Source: a virus (Duplodnaviria > Caudoviricetes). From it: 64,000 nt of DNA. Shown in pieces: positions 57,781-64,000 of the stretch. The stretch spans positions 1,513 to 65,512 of the IMG/VR virus record IMGVR_UViG_3300027804_002460; one strand, 5' to 3'. Both the position numbers and the translations under genes were made by a program. The notes beneath the pieces are model-generated. The model ran no database searches and was not told the DNA's origin. It worked only from the letters and a program-made list of their open reading frames with translations. Each line of letters starts with the position of its first letter. The first letter of the stretch is position 1.

Positions 57781-58620
57781 CGCTGAGATTACACGTTTGA
57801 TTGAGAACCTTTAGAGTCATTATTGTTTCTACTCCTATCCACTTCCTTTTGAGAAGTATTTCTCAGTGACGGTCTTTTAGGTGTACCACTCCTTGAGATA
57901 ACAGTTACTCTCTTATTACTCGACTCTCTTCGAGGATGCCTCCCCAACTCATCCTTGCGGGACTAGAGGTGTTTGGTAAGAATACGATCAGACTTGCGAT
58001 CCTTTCGTGCAATGAACGGCTCATTACTATGTAGTCACCTTTCACTGTTACCTGACGGACACTTTTGCTTACTGTAGTTTCATATTGGAAAATATCAACT
58101 TCCATAAGTTTTTGTGTCGTGGATTGTAGAAGTAGTGGTCCGTCACGGGCTTCGCTATCTTTTGAACAACGAAATACTCAACTACTCCTTGAAATGTCCC
58201 CATCTCCATACTTTAAGATTACTTCGAGATCAACCCCTTGGTAGAGGTTTATCAAGGTTAATAACAGCACCACCTGTACACTAACATACCTTTCGGTTTT
58301 AAGTACCCTTTTGTATTGGAACACGCAATAATGAAATCGGATAACTTCATGTTTTGCAATATCCCTACGGGTTATTCCTATTGGTGTTCCCACCTCAATC
58401 AGACGACCCACATCGCCAAATCACTTAACCAGTTTCCCTACAGCGTTGCCCTCGGTACTCAAGCTTAAGCGGTATCCCGCTTGTGTACTCGACCTCGATT
58501 ACTCAAGGCGCAAATCGGTTACACTTCCGACTCACTTTATCCTACTTTCGTAGTTTATTTTATGGACTATACACGGCCCAATATCTTTATCATTCCAAGA
58601 AGAGACTTACATCTCAATCA
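57781..58620 (-). ncRNA. Large structured ncRNA candidate (~840 nt core; GOLLD-like by size and context)
   Basis: Visibly GC-richer than the flanks, no credible ORF, many GNRA-capped hairpins on the minus strand, 5' TGATTGAGA complementary to 3' TCTCAATCA, own promoter and terminator. Confidence 0.65.
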
Positions 58621-58706
58621 CTTGTCAAAGAATCTGACAAAACTTTTCCTGAACGGATAATCTATTTTTTCAAAGAACGTTTCAGGACTTTTCCTGATTT
58701 GTTTTA

Positions 58707-58738
58707 CAAAGTTAAGACATTTATTTTGATCTGTCAAG
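58707..58738 (-). promoter_or_regulatory. Bacteroidota-type promoter for the large RNA
   Basis: TTG(ACA)-N21-TAACTTTG on the minus strand. Confidence 0.6.
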
Positions 58739-58756
58739 CCCTTTGTGGTATTTTTT

Positions 58757-58912
58757 TTAATTTTCTTCGTTTACTTGTGTAGTTTCAACATAAACTTTGT
58801 TGGTCCCGTAGAAGTTCGCTCTTATTTGTGCAAAAATCTCGTTAGATGTCCAAAGCGTTTTACCGTTTGCAATATACGAATACATTTCGATTTCTTTTAC
58901 TTCCTCACTCAT
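58757..58912 (-). CDS. Small hypothetical protein (51 aa)
   Basis: Manual: MSEEVKEIEMYSYIANGKRFWTSNEIFAQIRANFYGTNKVYVETTQVNEEN*; TATTTATA upstream. Confidence 0.55.
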   Translation of the reverse strand: MSEEVKEIEMYSYIANGKTLWTSNEIFAQIRANFYGTNKVYVETTQVNEEN

Positions 58913-58968
58913 CGTTTTTTGTTTTTATATTCAAAATGTAATATAAATACTTCTATTGGTCAAGAAAG

Positions 58969-60321
58969 TTACAATATTTTTTTAATAATATCTTTGATTC
59001 TGTCTGTTTGTTCTTGTAGGGCTTCCTGTTTTGCGATATCTTTTTTGAACGATTCCTCATCACCTCTTGCCAAACTTATCATGGCGTTAAGACCTCCTAA
59101 TCCCATAAGATCCAAAACATTTAATTTTGAGTCGTCTTTACCAGATGATTTACTATCTGTTTTTGCTAAATTATCTGAAGATATTGAATCTGAAGATATT
59201 GAATCTGAAGATTGACCCCCAACTTGGAAATTAGCTAAAACTTCATTTGCTTTTCTTTCTCCCATTGATGAGGTTTGTCCACCGGCATTTTTTGTGACAA
59301 AGTATTTTACAGCATCATCTACGTTTTCAAACTTATCATTTAATGCCGAACCCTCTGGTGCTAAGAAATTGATCATTGCATCTGCAGCCCCTTCAGGATT
59401 ATTTAAATCATCAGGATTACCCTCAAAACCATATTTACGATAGTTAGCTCGACCTGTTATTTGATTGAACCCTCTACCTCTATATTTGTATCCATCACCA
59501 GGATCTGTATTACCTAATTTAATACCTGAATTCCTTCCATAAACACAATCAAAGAATTTTTCATCATCACACTTGTGTTTTTTACATCTTTGTCCTCTAT
59601 CTTTGAATATCTGTATGATTCTACTGTCGTCAGTACCACAATATCCTTTTTCATTTTTTGGTACAAATCCACTCTCTTTACCTATAGTTGCCAATATACC
59701 TAAAACAGGTATCGGATTAGTTATACCTTTATCTTTAAGTTTATCGATAATCATATCAATATTTGACTTTGCTTCTCCCTTATATGCGTTTTGATTAATT
59801 GCTAAATTTGATAAATCAACATCAGAAGGTGATGACTTTCCTTTTTGAGTTGGTTCAGAAACATCCGAACCTGATTTCATACCTTGAGCACTTGATTTAT
59901 GTTCCCAATGCCAAGGTTCGGTTCTTGGATTTTTAAATGGATTAGAGAATCCGAATTTTGATGCGTTTTGGGTTAACCATTTATGTGCCGGATCACCATA
60001 TTTTACTTTAAGATCCACAGCACTCCCCCAACCATGATTAGATGTGCCAGGATAAGCAACAGGAGTATTTGAAGTACCTTTTTTTCTTTTTTTACCCGAA
60101 AGTTTATAATATTTCCAATCAAATATTTTGTCTTGGATTTCATAAGGTCTGTATGAATCCGTAATACCCCAACTTATTCCATCTTTTTTTGCTGCATTAA
60201 CCATTTCAGAGTAAGCATTTGCCGCTTCACTATTTAACTGATGGCCAGATCCAATTGGAGTTAATCCCGATAACTTACCGTTTTGGGCTTCGATTAATAC
60301 TTGTTTTTTTGTTAACATCAA
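58969..60321 (-). CDS. Dual-domain peptidoglycan hydrolase (M15/VanY-like peptidase + GH19 lysozyme-like)
   Basis: SYRPYEIQ...[13 protein letters not shown]...EPWHW (M15); KESG...[15 protein letters not shown] (GH19). Confidence 0.85.
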   Translation of the reverse strand: MMLTKKQVLIEAQNGKLSGLTPIGSGHQLNSEAANAYSEMVNAAKKDGISWGITDSYRPYEIQDKIFDWKYYKLSGKKRKKGTSNTPVAYPGTSNHGWGSAVDLKVKYGDPAHKWLTQNASKFGFSNPFKNPRTEPWHWEHKSSAQGMKSGSDVSEPTQKGKSSPSDVDLSNLAINQNAYKGEAKSNIDMIIDKLKDKGITNPIPVLGILATIGKESGFVPKNEKGYCGTDDSRIIQIFKDRGQRCKKHKCDDEKFFDCVYGRNSGIKLGNTDPGDGYKYRGRGFNQITGRANYRKYGFEGNPDDLNNPEGAADAMINFLAPEGSALNDKFENVDDAVKYFVTKNAGGQTSSMGERKANEVLANFQVGGQSSDSISSDSISSDNLAKTDSKSSGKDDSKLNVLDLMGLGGLNAMISLARGDEESFKKDIAKQEALQEQTDRIKDIIKKIL

Positions 60322-60354
60322 TTAATTGTAATTTATTATAAATATTACAACTAA

Positions 60355-60822
60355 TCAAAACCATTCAGGTATTTCTCTATTTTTCCATTTTGCGAAATCT
60401 TTTTTAGCACCTCGATAGTAATTTCTGTAAGATTCAATTACATCATCAACCTTATATTCATCAGGCATCGCTTTAGGAGGAGTGGTAAAATCTTTGTCAC
60501 AAATATTTGGTAAGTTTGTGACACACCATTCTATAACATCTTGTGACTTATGTCTTTTACCATATCGATATGTGTATTCTTTACACAACTCTAAACCAAA
60601 ATCACATAAGTAAAGATAGTTGGATAAAGACTCTCGAGACCAAATGGCACATGGGTGATTTTTGTGTGATAACTTGTATGGTATATTGGACGTATCGTTA
60701 CTGGTTACATGGTGAACACCACATAAAAGTTGTGCGGTTTCTAATATCATTTTAACAACATGTTTGTCGCAATGATATTTTGCACATTTGTTAGTATCGA
60801 AGTCTAAAAAGAAAATATTCAT
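60355..60822 (-). CDS. Pyrimidine-dimer DNA glycosylase-like protein (DenV family)
   Basis: MNIFFLD...HCDKHVVKMILETAQLL...HKNHPC...EYTYRYGKRHK. Confidence 0.8.
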   Translation of the reverse strand: MNIFFLDFDTNKCAKYHCDKHVVKMILETAQLLCGVHHVTSNDTSNIPYKLSHKNHPCAIWSRESLSNYLYLCDFGLELCKEYTYRYGKRHKSQDVIEWCVTNLPNICDKDFTTPPKAMPDEYKVDDVIESYRNYYRGAKKDFAKWKNREIPEWF

Positions 60823-60845
60823 ACCGTAAAGGTAATGAATTTTTT

Positions 60846-61457
60846 TTATTGGGCCAAATAAGTCATTAAAACTCCACCAATAGAAGATGCGTGGTTTTGG
60901 AGATGGTTAATATCCTCCATATCCAATCTTGTCTTTCTCTTTGTAAACTCTACAGATAAAATACCAATAAATCTATCCTCAATAGTTTTGATTGCAAATA
61001 AATAAGAAGATTTACATCCTGTTTCTTCCGCAACGTACTTTAATCCATAGGTTGCAATTGTTTCGTCTTTAAAATCCGCAACCTCAATAACATCATTTTG
61101 TAGGAGTTGATTTATTGATCTTGAAAATAAATTTACAGGAATATTTTTGAAATTAGATTGGACTGATGTTGCATTTGCACTAACCGCCTCATACATAATT
61201 GAAAACTTAGCCATAGATCTTCCTGTTGGGTAAAAATTACCTCCGTTATGAAATTGTGAGATCCATACTCTATCAGCATTGAACTCGTCTCTGATATGAT
61301 CTATTTTCTGATTGATTAGTTCACTAACTCTCAGGGTGTCCATCACCATATCAGGTTTCTTTTTTCTTGAATCCAATACGTGTTTAATATATAAAACTGC
61401 GATTGGACCAATAACCCCTGTAATAAATGCCACCGCAACTGATGCAAAATTTTCCAT
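60846..61457 (-). CDS. Membrane-anchored protein with GAF-like domain (T4 holin T-like candidate)
   Basis: One N-terminal TM helix followed by FNADRVWISQFHNGG...FSIMYE...IGILSVEF. Confidence 0.5.
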   Translation of the reverse strand: MENFASVAVAFITGVIGPIAVLYIKHVLDSRKKKPDMVMDTLRVSELINQKIDHIRDEFNADRVWISQFHNGGNFYPTGRSMAKFSIMYEAVSANATSVQSNFKNIPVNLFSRSINQLLQNDVIEVADFKDETIATYGLKYVAEETGCKSSYLFAIKTIEDRFIGILSVEFTKRKTRLDMEDINHLQNHASSIGGVLMTYLAQ

Positions 61458-61486
61458 AGTTATTCAATAAATATTATGACCAACAA

Positions 61487-61510
61487 AAAAACCCACTTGT
61501 GGTGGGTTTT
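61487..61510. terminator. Intrinsic terminator (bidirectional shape)
   Basis: AAAACCCAC-TTGTG-GTGGGTTTT. Confidence 0.7.
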
Positions 61511-61531
61511 TAATTTTAAAAATAATAAAGT

Positions 61532-61705
61532 TTAAGCCTTGTTTTTATCGACAATAGACCAAATGGCACCTGCCAATGTGGTAGCACCACCCAAGATTTC
61601 TTGAACTATTGAGTCGTCAATTATTCCTTTCATTACAAGGATACCACCGATGAATGTAACGGCGTGTCTAACGATACCCAATAATTGTTCTTTTGTTAGT
61701 TTCAT
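61532..61705 (-). CDS. Small two-TM holin-like protein (57 aa)
   Basis: Manual: MKLTKEQLLGIVRHAVTFIGGILVMKGIIDDSIVQEILGGATTLAGAIWSIVDKNKA*; TATTTATA upstream. Confidence 0.65.
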   Translation of the reverse strand: MKLTKEQLLGIVRHAVTFIGGILVMKGIIDDSIVQEILGGATTLAGAIWSIVDKNKA

Positions 61706-61759
61706 AGTAAACTATTTAAGGTTTATTTTACTATAAATATCACAAATATGTCCAAATTA

Positions 61760-61849
61760 TCACTCATCTTTAAAAGTAAACCAATTATAAATCACATAAA
61801 GTGATAAACATACAGGGATTGCAATTGCTAAAAGTTCTGAGTAAGACAT
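61760..61849 (-). CDS. Possible 29-aa membrane peptide
   Basis: MSYSELLAIAIPVCLSLYVIYNWFTFKDE*. Confidence 0.3.
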   Translation of the reverse strand: MSYSELLAIAIPVCLSLYVIYNWFTFKDE

Positions 61850-61923
61850 GGTATAATTGTTTATTATAAAGACGAATAAATCGTGTTTAAGGTGTAGTAA
61901 AACTGAATATTTTTAGCATTTAG

Positions 61924-62124
61924 TTATTCCTTATTAGCATCGGATCCCCACAATATTTCCTCCCATTTTTTTATTGCTGGAAAAACAATAAAAAATCCTA
62001 CAATTCCACAAAACACACTAGTAAAACTAATCTCATTTTTCATGTAAAAGCTAGTTAAGTATGAACCCAACATAACAATTAGTACCGAAATAAATGATTT
62101 GAAAAAACTTTTTACTTTATTCAT
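61924..62124 (-). CDS. Small membrane protein
   Basis: 66 aa with two hydrophobic segments. Confidence 0.55.
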   Translation of the reverse strand: MNKVKSFFKSFISVLIVMLGSYLTSFYMKNEISFTSVFCGIVGFFIVFPAIKKWEEILWGSDANKE

Positions 62125-62138
62125 ATTTTTAATTTTAG

Positions 62139-62212
62139 TGGTCCCACTTGGGCTCGAACCAAGGACCTAATGATTATGAGTCATTTGCTCTGACCGACTG
62201 AGCTATAGGACC
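62139..62212 (-). tRNA. tRNA with CAT anticodon (probably Ile2, lysidine-type)
   Basis: GGTCCTATAGCTCAGTCGGTCAGAGC-AATGA-CTCATAA-TCATT...GGTTCGAGCC...GGGACCA; no encoded CCA. Confidence 0.88.
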
Positions 62213-62220
62213 AAGTGAAA

Positions 62221-62463
62221 TTATGCTTTCACCATGTGTTTTTCCATCAACTCTGTAGCTTTAGCAACCGCCAAATCTTTAGTTTTAAATCCTTTCTCAA
62301 CAACTTTTTTAGAGTGGTACACAACATACTCAGTTGCTTTAACCTCACCTTTTAACCATTTGAATTTTGTTGCTTTAGCTGGTTTAAGGGTGTCTTTCGC
62401 ATAGATGTCGAAGTGTCCTACTTTACAGATGTAACGTCCTTTGTTTCCTGATTTTGTTGCCAT
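62221..62463 (-). CDS. Hypothetical basic protein
   Basis: 80 aa ORF between tRNAs. Confidence 0.65.
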   Translation of the reverse strand: MATKSGNKGRYICKVGHFDIYAKDTLKPAKATKFKWLKGEVKATEYVVYHSKKVVEKGFKTKDLAVAKATELMEKHMVKA

Positions 62464-62506
62464 GTGTTTTTTTTTATTTTAAGTTAAACAATTATACAAT
62501 TTTTTG

Positions 62507-62578
62507 CGGTCCATGCGAGAATCGAACTCGCGGCTCCACCGTGACAGGGTGGAATGTTAGCCACTACACCAATGGACC
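62507..62578 (-). tRNA. trnD: tRNA-Asp(GTC)
   Basis: GGTCCAT...CCACC-CTGTCAC-GGTGG...GAGTTCGATTCTC-ATGGACC-G. Confidence 0.9.
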
Positions 62579-62583
62579 TATTT

Positions 62584-62862
62584 TTATATCAAAGCATCCC
62601 ATTCGGATACTACAAATTCAAGTTTTAAAAATCCTTCACCAGGGATGTAGGTTACTTGAAGTCCCCCTGATCCGATACTCATTTGAGTTTCAATGGACTC
62701 AGTTAGCATCCGTCTTGCTTTTTCTCTAATTTCACCTTGACATGGGATCTTCTCTTCAGCACCTATCCATTCCCAACGAAGAGCCCTCATCGTTTTATGA
62801 ACCTTGTCGAAATCGAACCAGTCCATTATGTTGTCTATTGCCTTTCTTTCTTCCTCTGTCAT
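62584..62862 (-). CDS. Hypothetical protein
   Basis: 92 aa; TATATTTG element at 62867-62874. Confidence 0.65.
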   Translation of the reverse strand: MTEEERKAIDNIMDWFDFDKVHKTMRALRWEWIGAEEKIPCQGEIREKARRMLTESIETQMSIGSGGLQVTYIPGEGFLKLEFVVSEWDALI

Positions 62863-62885
62863 AGTACAAATATAATAATAATTTT

Positions 62886-63155
62886 TTACAATTTCTGCAC
62901 ATGCTCCATAATTTCTGTAACTTCCTCAGGTTTTAAATAACCAATTACATCATTTGTTACAGGTGTCTTGTAAGTTAATTCACCTTTTTTATCTAAAACT
63001 GCAATTTCAAACAAACCATCTTTTCCACCATATGAATATGTGTGAGATACAACACTAACACCATATCCATTTTCAAACATCATTCGAGAACGAACACCTG
63101 ACATAAATGGTTCATCTGATATTTTATCAAATTCTAAATCTTCAAATTTTTTCAT
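62886..63155 (-). CDS. Hypothetical phage protein
   Basis: 89 aa; YSYGGKDGLFEIAVL. Confidence 0.7.
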   Translation of the reverse strand: MKKFEDLEFDKISDEPFMSGVRSRMMFENGYGVSVVSHTYSYGGKDGLFEIAVLDKKGELTYKTPVTNDVIGYLKPEEVTEIMEHVQKL

Positions 63156-63330
63156 AACTCTAATTAAATTAAATTTGACTTGTGAAGTATACGTTGTTCT
63201 TTATACCCCTTTGATATTCCCCGCGGTTAGTCAAACCGGATAGAGCGTTTCCCTATCAGAAGTTCCATACAAGGTATCACCCTGCTTCTCATCGTATTGG
63301 ACATACTATTCGGTGATGAACCGAACCGTG

Positions 63331-63451
63331 TAGTCAGGACAGGACTCGAACCTGCAACGATGCAACCTTTATGACTTCTCGCATCCAAGAGCTTATGGAC
63401 CGTGGCGTTTTCAGGGTGTGATACCATTTTCACATTACGCATTACCTAACT
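63331..63451 (-). ncRNA. Expanded tRNA-like element (121 nt)
   Basis: Acceptor AGTTAGG/CCTGACT-A and canonical T-arm GCAGG-TTCGAGT-CCTGT, with an oversized multi-hairpin interior. Confidence 0.45.
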
Positions 63452-63474
63452 TACCTATCTACCTTGACAGGGTG

Positions 63475-63546
63475 TAGTCGGTACGGGATTCGAACCCGTG
63501 TGACAAGGATGAAAACCTTGTATCCTGACCCCTAGATGAACCGACC
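63475..63546 (-). tRNA. trnE: tRNA-Glu(TTC)
   Basis: GGTCGGT...CAAGG-TTTTCAT-CCTTG...CGGGTTCGAATCCCG-TACCGACT-A. Confidence 0.88.
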
Positions 63547-63558
63547 ATCTAATTATTG

Positions 63559-63628
63559 TGGACACTGTGGGAATCGAACCCAAACGATCTGATTGCAAAT
63601 CAGTCGACCTGCCGTCGGCATCAGGCCC
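63559..63628 (-). tRNA. Atypical tRNA, probably Ala(TGC)
   Basis: CTGA-TTTGCAA-TCAG anticodon arm, G3:U70 pair, bulged acceptor stem. Confidence 0.55.
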
Positions 63629-63633
63629 ATTTG

Positions 63634-63706
63634 AGCGGGAGAAGGGATTCGAACCCTCAACAGCCAGCTTGGAAGGCTGGAACTCTACCAATTGAGCTAC
63701 TCCCGC
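63634..63706 (-). tRNA. trnG: tRNA-Gly(TCC)
   Basis: GCGGGAGTAGCTCAATTGGTAGAG...CCAGC-CTTCCAA-GCTGG...GGTTCGAATCC...CTCCCGC-T. Confidence 0.95.
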
Positions 63707-63921
63707 AGGTTGTGACGAACTTGGGACATTCGTCACATTTTTTTACATGGAAGAGGGGATCAATCCTACTAACACCATGGGTTCATTTTATCAAGCGACT
63801 TTTCTCCTAAACGCTTCAGTTTTTATCGCCCTCAAACTGAATAAACGGCTTAACATCTTGTGGACTCATTTTTAAGTGCTCACCACTTCCATTCTTAAGC
63901 TGAACTCTACTGCTAACACTC

Positions 63922-64000
63922 CCGTACTGACGGTTGGATTCGAACCAACGTTTTAAACTTACCGCTACAGGCATAGATGATATAAGCATCCACTGGTACG
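63922..64000 (-). tRNA. Degenerate tRNA-like element at the window edge
   Basis: Clear T-arm GTTGG-TTCGAAT-CCAAC and partial acceptor CGTAC/GTACG; weak anticodon arm, possibly GTA. Confidence 0.35.

Noticed and set aside
57905-58782. ORFs 57905..58105, 58178..58411 and 58483..58782
   Set aside because: Atypical composition and weak or alternative starts; they overlap the structured-RNA candidate.
63227-63810. ORFs 63227..63442, 63455..63736 and 63556..63810
   Set aside because: They overlap tRNA genes and are translation artefacts.
1-64000. Alternative genetic code (stop-codon recoding)
   Set aside because: Conserved genes are full length under code 11, and no suppressor tRNA is seen in this window.

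Overview
This 64 kb AT-rich window comes from a large T4-like (myovirus-type) jumbo phage, most likely infecting Bacteroidota. Host evidence: TAnnTTTG promoters, a Bacteroidota-like bS21 and a DUF4494-like protein. Layout, left to right: (1) a Gly-X-Y repeat fibre gene, cut by the window edge and missed by the ORF track, plus Pro/Thr- and Cys-rich virion genes; (2) small late genes including a WYL-domain protein; (3) a ~19 kb glycosylation island with 10 or more glycosyltransferases, gmd, an Fcl/ColC-type reductase and a His-type (ColD-like) PLP dehydratase, suggesting GDP-colitose/fucose synthesis; (4) a sigma-like factor and baseplate-type genes; (5) the head module (major capsid, scaffold, prohead protease, portal, TerL) with an oppositely oriented ribosomal protein bS21; (6) nucleotidyltransferase + KTSC, DnaK, an N-domain-less ClpC-like ATPase, an M28/M20 peptidase and a tmRNA with an unusual 21-residue tag; (7) a ~850-950 nt GNRA-rich structured non-coding RNA candidate (GOLLD-like in size and context) converging on the tmRNA; (8) an M15+GH19 peptidoglycan hydrolase, holin-like genes, a pyrimidine-dimer glycosylase and the start of a tRNA array with atypical tRNA-like elements. 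Two promoter classes are visible: host-type TTG-N18-21-TAnnTTTG, and a TATTTAT(A/T) motif before about 20 mostly morphogenesis genes. All family assignments come from motif recognition by eye; no database searches were run.
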